From IMG/VR virus record IMGVR_UViG_3300012925_000001: a stretch of DNA of 64,000 bases, one strand, 5' to 3'. The translations under genes were made by a program, and so were the position numbers. Numbering within the stretch: the first letter of the stretch is position 1; each line of letters opens with the position of its first letter. The notes under the pieces were generated by a model. It saw only the letters and a list, made by a program, of their open reading frames with translations, did no database searches and was not told where the DNA came from. Source of the stretch: a virus. Positions 17,450 through 25,133 of the stretch are shown here, piece by piece.

Positions 17450-17822
17450 AGCTCGTAGCATAGTCCGCCGCGAGCTCCCCAACGCTCAACATAACTCGAA
17501 CGACTTCAACTATCACTGGATCGAGCCTGGCCCGCCAATCTCGGAAGCCTTCCTTGAAGACGAAGCCGAAACCGAAATCTGGATGAACCTAGCCCGTGAC
17601 GGTCACGACCGCACAGACGAGGAACACTTGGCATCCTTCAACATGCTAATGAAGATCCAACAGGACGCCGAAGACCGCGCCTGGATCAACGCAGCCGAGC
17701 GTATCCTCACCCAAGCCAAGCTCAAGCGCACTAAATTCTGGAATCGATTCTTCGATGTAGTAATCGGTCTAGGATTCATATTGTTCATCACCGACTTCCT
17801 CATCCGACACGGAGTTATCTAG
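17436..17822 (+). CDS. hypothetical protein with C-terminal TM helix
   Basis: 128 aa; FFDVVIGLGFILFITDFLI near C-terminus. Confidence 0.65.
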   Translation: MTPTEARSIVRRELPNAQHNSNDFNYHWIEPGPPISEAFLEDEAETEIWMNLARDGHDRTDEEHLASFNMLMKIQQDAEDRAWINAAERILTQAKLKRTKFWNRFFDVVIGLGFILFITDFLIRHGVI

Positions 17823-17824
17823 CC

Positions 17825-18265
17825 ATGCGAACAACTCACACCACAACAATCCTGACCTGCGACCGCTGCCGTTGCGTCACATCAGACCTGCGCCGGATCT
17901 ATCGGCTCGACACCGAAAACGGTAGCATGTCCTATTCCACTTACTGTCAGCATGAACTACTATCCGAGCTATGCTTGACCTGCACGGCCCAGCTCAACCA
18001 CTTCCTCAATCCTAGCGAGACTGCGCCTGTAGACCCGCGCCTGACAGAAGCTTCTCCCGCTGAACCTGCTCCAGCATCTCCTGCTCCACATCCTCAACCC
18101 TCAGCTGAGGAAGCAACGCAGCCGGAAGCAACCTCACCGCCAGCCCAGTCCCCTGTGCCGACCACTCAACTAGACCAATCCCCGACAGAGTGGCTACGGT
18201 CTTGGCTAAGGTCCCCCGAGACCAACCGAACCGTCGCTCCACCAGATCAGGACGAAGAAGTTTAG
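17825..18265 (+). CDS. Cys-rich (CDRC...CLTC) protein with Pro/Ser/Ala-rich tail
   Basis: ATG 2 nt after upstream stop; the last ~85 codons are low-complexity and overlap a minus-strand ORF (see findings). Confidence 0.55.
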   Translation: MRTTHTTTILTCDRCRCVTSDLRRIYRLDTENGSMSYSTYCQHELLSELCLTCTAQLNHFLNPSETAPVDPRLTEASPAEPAPASPAPHPQPSAEEATQPEATSPPAQSPVPTTQLDQSPTEWLRSWLRSPETNRTVAPPDQDEEV

Positions 18266-18368
18266 TCCGGTAAAGGTTATAGCTGCTAATTAGCTGTAGC
18301 GCCTGCTGACACTGCTGTGGCTTCAACCCGGCGATCTGCTGCAACGCATAGCTACTGTACATCGTCAT
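18012..18368 (-). CDS. candidate antisense winged-helix DNA-binding protein
   Basis: ORF covers the otherwise non-coding gap 18266-18385; LVERRFGWSRGTLAKTVATLSGIGLVEWSAQGTGLAVRLL reads as HTH + wing; start uncertain (ATG 18368/18362, GTG 18404). Confidence 0.35.
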   Translation of the reverse strand: MTMYSSYALQQIAGLKPQQCQQALQLISSYNLYRTKLLRPDLVERRFGWSRGTLAKTVATLSGIGLVEWSAQGTGLAVRLLPAALLPQLRVEDVEQEMLEQVQREKLLSGAGLQAQSR

Positions 18369-18385
18369 GAAAGGATGATACTCGA

Positions 18386-18634
18386 ATGGCCCGCACCTGC
18401 GCACTTATCCTCACCTGCCCGACCTGCGACGCGCAGCCTTACCAACGCTGTTGGCAGACTGACCCCAGGTCGTTCTTCGGCCAGAAGATACTCGCTACGG
18501 GTAACTATCATCCAGCACGCCTGGCTGCAGCGCGTAGGCAGGAACGTAACCAGAAACTACAGCCGCAGCCGCAGCCGCAACCCCTCCCCGACCCTGACTA
18601 CATCGACATTGCCGACCAGTGGGGAGACTACTGA
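18386..18634 (+). CDS. small zinc-finger protein (CPTCDAQPYQRC ... HPAR)
   Basis: CxxCxAxPxxxC motif also present in 39919..40128; Gln/Pro repeat tail. Confidence 0.65.
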   Translation: MARTCALILTCPTCDAQPYQRCWQTDPRSFFGQKILATGNYHPARLAAARRQERNQKLQPQPQPQPLPDPDYIDIADQWGDY

Positions 18635-18652
18635 TTATTTTCCTTCAGAGGG

Positions 18653-18680
18653 TTGACAACGGTTGAGCATGGTGTACACT
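18653..18680 (+). promoter_or_regulatory. sigma70-type promoter candidate P2 (RNA-repair operon, near-leaderless)
   Basis: TTGACA 18653-18658, 16 nt, TACACT 18675-18680; ATG 18688 lies only 7 nt after the -10. Confidence 0.55.
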
Positions 18681-18687
18681 ATCCTAC

Positions 18688-19167
18688 ATGGACAACGATA
18701 ACTTCGACCGACCCGCCGCCGCCAACGCCGCTCTCAAAACTCTAACTGATGCTGAAGAGAGCGTGCACGCTCGCCTGACCGACCTTACCGCTCGCCGCAA
18801 AACCGTCGAAGACGCTGTGACCATGCTGCAGCTCTGGTACGCGGACCCGACCAACATCGACATCCTGGCTGAGTTCCAACCCGGCGACCCAATCTTCTCC
18901 GAGATCGCATCGAACTCCTGGAAGCTGGAGCCTGCAGGCAAGGTCACCAGCATCTACCTCGAACCGGCATACCCACGTTTCTACGTTCGCTCAGTCGAGC
19001 CTACAATCTGCTACGCTTTCGACCGCGCACCTGGCTATCGATACGGCGACAACACCCACTCCTCGAACGGTTGCTCCAGGTACTTCGGCGTGGACGAGTA
19101 CAACAGCAAGATTCGGTCCGAGATTGATTCACTGCAACGCAAGCTCAACGTCAACGTGAAAGGTTAG
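18688..19167 (+). CDS. hypothetical protein (first gene of RNA-repair operon)
   Basis: 159 aa; no SD, start at predicted transcription start. Confidence 0.7.
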   Translation: MDNDNFDRPAAANAALKTLTDAEESVHARLTDLTARRKTVEDAVTMLQLWYADPTNIDILAEFQPGDPIFSEIASNSWKLEPAGKVTSIYLEPAYPRFYVRSVEPTICYAFDRAPGYRYGDNTHSSNGCSRYFGVDEYNSKIRSEIDSLQRKLNVNVKG

Positions 19168-19177
19168 CCACACTCCA

Positions 19178-20065
19178 ATGCCCAAGCTCACTCTAATGCG
19201 CGGTCTGCCTGCGTCCGGCAAGACCACCAAAGCACGCGAACTCGTCAAGGCCAGCGGCTCGGCCGCGCGCATCAACCGTGACGACCTGCGCGCCATGCTG
19301 TTCAACTCTTCCTGGTCCGGCAAGCGCGAAGAAATCATCATCGCAGCGGAGAAAGCTCTCGTCGCTGTCCTGGCCAAGCACAACCACAACGCCATCATCG
19401 ACGATACCAACCTCTCGACGAAGCACGTAGACATGTGGCGGAACGTGGCCAAGGAAACCTACGGCGAGAACAGTTTCGTCATAGAATCCTTACTCGACGT
19501 GCCTCGCTACGAATGTGTTCGTCGTGATCACGCTCGCCAATTCGATCACGATAGCAAGTTCGTGGGCCGTGCTGTGATTGACCGGATGGCCTTAGCCAAC
19601 GACCTGATCGACTGGAACAACCGGCCGATAATCCTGGTCGACATAGATGGCACTCTCGCAGACGGAACCCACCGCCAGCACTATGTCACCCGTCCCGAAG
19701 GCGAGAAGAAAGACTGGGACTCCTACTACGAAGCTCTCAGCTACGACGAGCCAATCTCGTTCGTAATGCGATGGGTACGAAAGCTCGCTGAAGACCACAC
19801 GATCTGCCTAGTCTCAGGCCGTCCTGACACCTACCAGCGTGAAACCATGAACTGGCTGATCAAATGGGCTGTGCCTTACGACTACCTGTTCATGCGGAGT
19901 GGGGGAGATCATCGCCCAGACACCGAAGTCAAGGCGAAGATCCTGAAGCATATCCCTCGGGACCTGCTGCAGTTTGTAATCGATGACCGTCCACAAGTGA
20001 TACGTATGTGGAGGGAAAACGGAGTGAAAGTCTACCCAGTTCGAGGAGCATGTGATGAGTTCTAG
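19178..20065 (+). CDS. polynucleotide 5'-kinase / 3'-phosphatase (T4 Pnkp-like)
   Basis: N-terminal P-loop MRGLPASGKT; C-terminal HAD motif I LVDIDGTLAD and later VIDDR; domain order as in T4 Pnkp. Confidence 0.88.
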   Translation: MPKLTLMRGLPASGKTTKARELVKASGSAARINRDDLRAMLFNSSWSGKREEIIIAAEKALVAVLAKHNHNAIIDDTNLSTKHVDMWRNVAKETYGENSFVIESLLDVPRYECVRRDHARQFDHDSKFVGRAVIDRMALANDLIDWNNRPIILVDIDGTLADGTHRQHYVTRPEGEKKDWDSYYEALSYDEPISFVMRWVRKLAEDHTICLVSGRPDTYQRETMNWLIKWAVPYDYLFMRSGGDHRPDTEVKAKILKHIPRDLLQFVIDDRPQVIRMWRENGVKVYPVRGACDEF

Positions 20066-21194
20066 ATCTACCCATGCTGCGAGTCACATCCACGATCTAT
20101 TCTCAGACGCTGATTTCCAGATTCAACGCGACCTTGGCATGGTCAAGGTCACCAAGCATCCTATGCTGCCGCTGTTCATTTATAACTACACGCAGCGCGC
20201 GCAGTTCACGCCCGAGCATTGGAACCACGTGACTGACTTGTGCCGCGGCCTAGTCGTTGACTCGCTCGGCTACATCGTCGCACGTGGCTTCAAGAAATTC
20301 TGGAACATCAATGACGCGCGTCATCCTGAAACGATGATGGAGAACTTGCCCGCCACGCCGCCCACCTTGACCACGAAACTCGATGGCTCACTCGGCATCG
20401 CTTTCCGTTACTACAGTGAATGGCATGTAGCAACCCGAGGCTCATTCGACTCGCCACAGGCTATCTGGGCGACTGCATGGCTACGTGCCAACGTGCCAGA
20501 CCTTACTGCTCCCCTAAACACGACCTTGCTGTTCGAGATCGTCTATCCTGCGAATCAGATTGTAGTCAAATACGATTGGTCTGGCTTAGTTCTGCTTGCA
20601 GCAATCGACAACAACAGCGGATGCGAACTCCGCTATACCTATCTCAAGAAATATGCACAGGCCCAGGGATTATCGATTGTTACGCAGCATGCCAAGCCTC
20701 TAACCGAAGCCATCACCGAGGACATCGACAACGAGGAAGGCTATGTAGCGACCTGGCTGAATGCTGCTGGCCCGCCGCTCAAGGTCAAGATCAAATACGC
20801 GACCTACTGCCGGCTTCATCGCATGCTGACTCAGACCTCGCCGCTCACAGTTTGGGAAGCTCTGCGCGACAACCTGGACCTGGACAAGCTGTCGGCTGAT
20901 TCGCCTGCCGAGTTCCAGACCTGGGTCGGCAGCGTGATCCGTGACCTTCGAGGCAAATACGCAGCCATCGAGCAAGCCGCGCTGGACGCATACCTGACCT
21001 ATAAACCAGACCCCAACCTTCCCGAAGACGTAGCTGCCTACAAGAAACATTTTGCTGAGTATGCTAAATCACAACCTGCCAACATTACGCATCTGCTGTT
21101 CGCCCTGCAGTCTCAGAAAGACCTTGCACCTCAAATCTGGAAGCAGATCCGGCCGACGCAGCAGTACGTTTTCAAAACCGACATTGATACATAA
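20055..21194 (+). CDS. ATP-dependent RNA ligase (T4 Rnl1-like)
   Basis: Motif I lysine in TTKLDGSLG; upstream LCRGLVV...ARGFKKFWN resembles Rnl1 N-terminal region; GAGGAG 5 nt before ATG 20055; adjacent to Pnkp. Confidence 0.8.
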   Translation: MSSRSTHAASHIHDLFSDADFQIQRDLGMVKVTKHPMLPLFIYNYTQRAQFTPEHWNHVTDLCRGLVVDSLGYIVARGFKKFWNINDARHPETMMENLPATPPTLTTKLDGSLGIAFRYYSEWHVATRGSFDSPQAIWATAWLRANVPDLTAPLNTTLLFEIVYPANQIVVKYDWSGLVLLAAIDNNSGCELRYTYLKKYAQAQGLSIVTQHAKPLTEAITEDIDNEEGYVATWLNAAGPPLKVKIKYATYCRLHRMLTQTSPLTVWEALRDNLDLDKLSADSPAEFQTWVGSVIRDLRGKYAAIEQAALDAYLTYKPDPNLPEDVAAYKKHFAEYAKSQPANITHLLFALQSQKDLAPQIWKQIRPTQQYVFKTDIDT

Positions 21195-21212
21195 CCTAAG
21201 GAGAATACGAAG

Positions 21213-21578
21213 ATGACGAAGAATCTGACCAACATGGCCCTTGCACTAGCATTGGCCACTACTACTTGCATCCACGCACAGACCGCTAAGCCAGCAGCTC
21301 CAGCCGCCACGCCAGCTCCTATGCCAATCACCATCCCCGCAGACTCCTTCAAGGAACTGAACTACTACATCCTTCAGGCCGAGAACCTCGACCTCAAGGC
21401 CAAGCAAACCCACGCTGACATCGACAAACAAGTAGCACAACAAATGCAGCAGATCCAAGCGCAGGCTAGCCCAATAATCGAAAAACTACGCAAGGATCTG
21501 AAAGTGCCTGCCAACTTCGTGCTTGACCAGACTAAGCAGGCGTTTGTTCCTCCACCACCAGCGTCCGCACACAACTAA
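21213..21578 (+). CDS. secreted/periplasmic coiled-coil protein (signal peptide)
   Basis: AAGGAG before ATG; MTKNLTNMALALALATTTCIHA|QT signal-peptide-like start; Gln-rich helical remainder. Confidence 0.65.
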   Translation: MTKNLTNMALALALATTTCIHAQTAKPAAPAATPAPMPITIPADSFKELNYYILQAENLDLKAKQTHADIDKQVAQQMQQIQAQASPIIEKLRKDLKVPANFVLDQTKQAFVPPPPASAHN

Positions 21579-21595
21579 GGGAGCTTATCTCAGCC

Positions 21596-21943
21596 ATGAC
21601 CATCGCCCAACAAAATCTCGACCTAGCTCTATCGCTCTTGACTGACATGTCTATGGCTGACCTGGAGACCTTGCTCCGCCACACCAAAACCGAACTGAGC
21701 TACAAGAAATCCCTACGCGTCTGCAAGCTCTGCTCGGCGCACTTTCAGCGCATCCATCAGGCTCAGAAATACTGTAGCCTAGCTTGCGTTGAAAAAGTCA
21801 TGCAGCAGGGTAAAAACGACTGGTGGCGTAAGCACGGAACTGAGTGGCGGGATCAAGTCCGTACGCCAGAACAGAAAGAACGACTGCAAGTCAAACGTGC
21901 TACTCGGGCCACGCTCAAACAAATAGAAGGGATGATCGACTAG
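21596..21943 (+). CDS. zinc-ribbon protein (CKLC ... QKYCSLAC)
   Basis: Cys4 motif parallel to 10012..10311. Confidence 0.65.
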   Translation: MTIAQQNLDLALSLLTDMSMADLETLLRHTKTELSYKKSLRVCKLCSAHFQRIHQAQKYCSLACVEKVMQQGKNDWWRKHGTEWRDQVRTPEQKERLQVKRATRATLKQIEGMID

Positions 21944-21945
21944 CT

Positions 21946-23022
21946 ATGAACCACAACGACTTCAGCCACCTTAACCAGATCGTCTACATGGACTTCGGCA
22001 GCCATCTCTATGGCACCATGACTCCGACGTCTGACTTCGACTTCAAAGGGATACATATCCCCACAGCCCAGGAAATCCTGCTGCAGCGCGTCCAGGAATC
22101 TGTCAGCAACCGGCAGTCGAAGCAGCCTGGCGAAAAGAACTTGCCCGGCCAGTCCGAATGCGAGTCCTACGCACTGTCTAAATTCCTCAAGATGGCAGCC
22201 GAAGGCCAGACTGTCGCGCTGGACATGCTGTTCGCACCGGTAGAGCACTGGGGCGTCTCCAGCCGTCTCTGGGAGGTCATTGTCAATAACCGTGAGAAGT
22301 TGCTGACGTCGCGCACAGCTGCGTTCCTCGGCTATTGCCGTCGTCAAGTCAACAAGTATGGCATCAAAGGCTCGCGCGTCAAAGCTGCTGAAGACGCCAT
22401 GCTGCTCTTCTATGCACTATGCAAAGCCGATCACTACAACGACCCTATCAGTGAAATCGATCATTGGCTACGCGGCAAGGGCACCTCAGAGCACTCCAGC
22501 GTCATCGAGCATCCGATCGGCCCAACTGGAGAGCTTGGATTGTTCTATGAAGTTTGTGGGCGCAAAATCGCATACAACACCAGAACCCAGGAAGCCTATA
22601 AGATCTGCGAGCGCATCTACAACGAATACGGCCACCGCGCCCACCTCGCCAAAGACAATTCAGGCGTCGACTGGAAGGCAGTTTCGCACGCCGTCCGCGT
22701 CGGCTACCAAGCGATCGAGCTGCTAACAGATCACCACATAACCTTTCCGATCCCACAAGCCGCTCAAGTCACTCGCATCAAGCTCGGCGAGGTTCCATTC
22801 GACACCTGCGCTCAGCTAATCGAGGAGCTTATGCTTGCGGTCGAGCACGCTGCAGTCGGCAGCACTCTGCCGGAGGAACCCGACCACCAGTTCATCCAGG
22901 ACCTCATCATCAGCTCGAACATGCTTACCGTGCTCAACGCTGGTGAACCTGACCTGGCTCACGCGATCTACAGCGACGACTGGCCGACAGTCGTGCAGAC
23001 CGAGTACGACGAGAGCTATTAG
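21946..23022 (+). CDS. nucleotidyltransferase, PF10127/RlaP-like (RNA-ligase-associated)
   Basis: N-terminal FGSHLYGTMTPTSDFDFKGIH matches the GSxxYGxxxxxSDxDxxG pol-beta-type NTase signature of that family as I recall it; ATG 21946 two nt after upstream stop. Confidence 0.7.
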   Translation: MNHNDFSHLNQIVYMDFGSHLYGTMTPTSDFDFKGIHIPTAQEILLQRVQESVSNRQSKQPGEKNLPGQSECESYALSKFLKMAAEGQTVALDMLFAPVEHWGVSSRLWEVIVNNREKLLTSRTAAFLGYCRRQVNKYGIKGSRVKAAEDAMLLFYALCKADHYNDPISEIDHWLRGKGTSEHSSVIEHPIGPTGELGLFYEVCGRKIAYNTRTQEAYKICERIYNEYGHRAHLAKDNSGVDWKAVSHAVRVGYQAIELLTDHHITFPIPQAAQVTRIKLGEVPFDTCAQLIEELMLAVEHAAVGSTLPEEPDHQFIQDLIISSNMLTVLNAGEPDLAHAIYSDDWPTVVQTEYDESY

Positions 23023-23048
23023 ACTACTAGTTAGCTCGCGAACACGAC

Positions 23049-23081
23049 AAAGCCCAGCAGGATTGGAAGCTGCTGGGCTTT
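23049..23081. terminator. bidirectional stem-loop terminator between convergent units
   Basis: AAAGCCCAGCAG 23049-23060 / CTGCTGGGCTTT 23070-23081, 9-nt loop; A-run before and T-run after. Confidence 0.65.
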
Positions 23082-23105
23082 GTCTGGTACAAGGTGCTAC
23101 TGCTA

Positions 23106-23681
23106 CTAACTAGTCTGCGTAATCACAAACGCAGCCACAACACCACCAGCAGCCAGGAACGGTACCGGCGTGCTGCCCGTCGGCGTAGTTCCGTCCGCCA
23201 GCACTGCGCTCACCGTCAGTGTAAACGTAGTACCCGTTGGCGCAGTTGGCAGCGTAGTGATACTCGCCGACAGACCATCCGCAGCAACTACAACCGGAGC
23301 ATTTACTGGGTCACTTGAAACAGCCGTAGGGATAATTCCTGCAGGCAGAGCAATCGCAGTACCGTCGGCCTCAACTGGAGTGAACAGAAAAGTTCCAGTT
23401 GCGCCGGCTACAATACCAATAACAGGGGCTTGAATAGGCATGGTCGTATCTCCTTCAGGGTTAGGGATCTGGGTGATCACGAAATGATGGACCTCGTTGG
23501 TCGGTGGCGTAGCAACTAATTCCTGATAGATCTTGGTCAGCACCACCAGCGATTTAGCCTGGAGCTCCAACGATCTCTCCAACAGCTTCTCAATCTCACG
23601 TAGCTGACGATCGGCAACGAAGATCCACATACTGAATAAGACGAGGATAGCAACCGGTACGATGCACGCTAGAGTGAACAT
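23106..23681 (-). CDS. membrane-anchored protein with Thr/Ala/Pro-rich beta-type ectodomain
   Basis: N-terminal TM LACIVPVAILVLFSMWIFV, coiled-coil, then repetitive T/A/P/V-rich C-terminal half; 191 aa. Confidence 0.65.
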   Translation of the reverse strand: MFTLACIVPVAILVLFSMWIFVADRQLREIEKLLERSLELQAKSLVVLTKIYQELVATPPTNEVHHFVITQIPNPEGDTTMPIQAPVIGIVAGATGTFLFTPVEADGTAIALPAGIIPTAVSSDPVNAPVVVAADGLSASITTLPTAPTGTTFTLTVSAVLADGTTPTGSTPVPFLAAGGVVAAFVITQTS

Positions 23682-23714
23682 TTAGAGAATAATCCTCATG
23701 GAAGGCTCTCCAAC

Positions 23715-24077
23715 TCACATGATGATGGCATAGGCTATGGGGTCTAGAATCTCATCGTAAGGTTCAACTACACGCTGTACGTATGTGCAAATAGGGCAGC
23801 ATATCAATGCGCAGGACAACTGCGTAACGTAATCAAATTCCTTGTAGATCTTCCAGAATTTGACTGAGTGCAGGCAACCCGGCGGCCACCAGGGCTGATA
23901 CTCGTTGATGACTTCACCAATAACCGGATACTCGACCCAAGGCTGAGCGTTTTGCTGACTTGGGAACACTTGAGTCCCGACTCCCCCAGGCTGGGTGAAG
24001 AACGGTAGACCGCTGACCAATCCACCCTGATACATAGCTCCGACCGTCCAGCGATTTGTACCAACGATAGGCGGCAT
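23715..24077 (-). CDS. hypothetical Trp/Cys-rich protein
   Basis: 120 aa; CALICCPIC cluster; no family recognised. Confidence 0.6.
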   Translation of the reverse strand: MPPIVGTNRWTVGAMYQGGLVSGLPFFTQPGGVGTQVFPSQQNAQPWVEYPVIGEVINEYQPWWPPGCLHSVKFWKIYKEFDYVTQLSCALICCPICTYVQRVVEPYDEILDPIAYAIIM

Positions 24078-24104
24078 CAGCAGCTCCTAGCTCTCAGCCT
24101 AAGC

Positions 24105-24335
24105 CTAGCACTGATCGCCATACTTACGAAGTAATTTCCAGGCCAGTGCAGGGCCGCGATACAACTTCCCTGACGGACTCTGCCAGACCGTTCTTCCATG
24201 CTCCCCAGGCTGCTTCCAGCCGGCAGCTCGCAGCTCAGCCCGCGCCGCCACCGAATCAAACTCAGGCCAAGGCTCATGCACGGACCTCGCCGCCACATCC
24301 TTGATCGCCACCGGCCCATGTTTCATCTTAGTCAT
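24105..24335 (-). CDS. hypothetical small protein (GWK...GR...WQSPSGK...R motif)
   Basis: In-frame ATG 24335, 13 nt downstream of RHH gene stop; 76 aa. Confidence 0.55.
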   Translation of the reverse strand: MTKMKHGPVAIKDVAARSVHEPWPEFDSVAARAELRAAGWKQPGEHGRTVWQSPSGKLYRGPALAWKLLRKYGDQC

Positions 24336-24348
24336 TGGTATGGCTGGC

Positions 24349-24552
24349 CTAGATCCCGATATAACTACGCAGAGCATCATTCGCCACCTGCTGCAGCCAC
24401 TCCTCCACGCCGATCCCCTGTGCCTGCGCCTGGTCCTCGACGGCCATTCTGATATCTAGGTCCAGGACAAAGCTCACGCGCCCCGTATGGTCGATCCTGG
24501 CGCGATCCTGCTTGGCTATAGTTGTCGTGCTGGAATGAACTGAAACTGGCAT
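24349..24552 (-). CDS. ribbon-helix-helix (CopG/Arc-like) DNA-binding protein
   Basis: GGGAGG 8 nt before ATG 24552; RVSFVLDLDIRMAVEDQAQAQGIGVEEWLQQVANDAL fits beta-strand/helix/helix. Confidence 0.7.
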   Translation of the reverse strand: MPVSVHSSTTTIAKQDRARIDHTGRVSFVLDLDIRMAVEDQAQAQGIGVEEWLQQVANDALRSYIGI

Positions 24553-24578
24553 AAGAAAAGCCTCCCTCAACTAGCTAC

Positions 24579-24607
24579 ACGGTATCACGTAAAATAAATG
24601 TTGACAA
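24579..24607 (-). promoter_or_regulatory. possible leftward promoter of the RHH cassette
   Basis: Minus strand TTGTCA (24607-24602), 17 nt, TACCGT (24584-24579); its -35 overlaps the -35 of P3. Confidence 0.35.
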
Positions 24608-24628
24608 GCGTTGCCTATGGTGTAACAC
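24601..24628 (+). promoter_or_regulatory. sigma70-type promoter candidate P3
   Basis: TTGACA 24601-24606, 16 nt, TAACAC 24623-24628 (or 17 nt + AACACT). Confidence 0.5.
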
Positions 24629-24698
24629 TGTTGCCACTTCAACAATACCGCAACTTGTATAGTCCAGTTCAACAGATCGTCAAAAGGAGCCTTACCTT

Positions 24699-25133
24699 AT
24701 GCTTGTAGCCCACCACACCACTGCTGCCGACCACGCCCAAGGCGAATCCTTCAATCGCCCTCTCGAATCGATCATTGTCAGCGACGGCCAGCAAATCAAC
24801 AGCCTGAGCCGGGAACTCGACAACAGCATCGACACCTACAACCCGGATTCCAACGACCGCTATGGCCGCTCCATGCGTGTCCGCAACCTCCAGGTAGCTT
24901 CCGCCCCTCCCCCGCAGCAGTCCACCCCTGAATCCCGTCTGTGGTCCTCCATCCTCCTCCAGATCTACAAAGAAGTGTCCCTCGGCGGCATCAACTCGAA
25001 AGCCTACCGCGAGTCCCTGGTCAACCTCGACGCCATGAACTGGGTGATGGACTGCCTGGGGTACCTAGATAGTGACGCTTTTGGAAAACTGCTCGATCGG
25101 GCCGTTCTGGAGTTTGAGCTCGCCAAAGGCTGA
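24699..25133 (+). CDS. hypothetical protein
   Basis: AAAGGAG 8 nt before ATG 24699; 144 aa; monocistronic between P3 and the iteron region. Confidence 0.7.
   Translation: MLVAHHTTAADHAQGESFNRPLESIIVSDGQQINSLSRELDNSIDTYNPDSNDRYGRSMRVRNLQVASAPPPQQSTPESRLWSSILLQIYKEVSLGGINSKAYRESLVNLDAMNWVMDCLGYLDSDAFGKLLDRAVLEFELAKG

Noticed and set aside
18375-18656. 93-aa + ORF overlapping 18386..18634 in another frame
   Set aside because: The product is R/S/T-rich. The competing frame encodes a recognisable CxxCxAxPxxxC zinc finger with a paralog elsewhere.
20420-20899. 159-aa alternative-frame ORF inside the RNA ligase gene
   Set aside because: It lies entirely within a gene that has clear ligase motifs, and its product is R/S/C-rich, as expected for an off-frame read.
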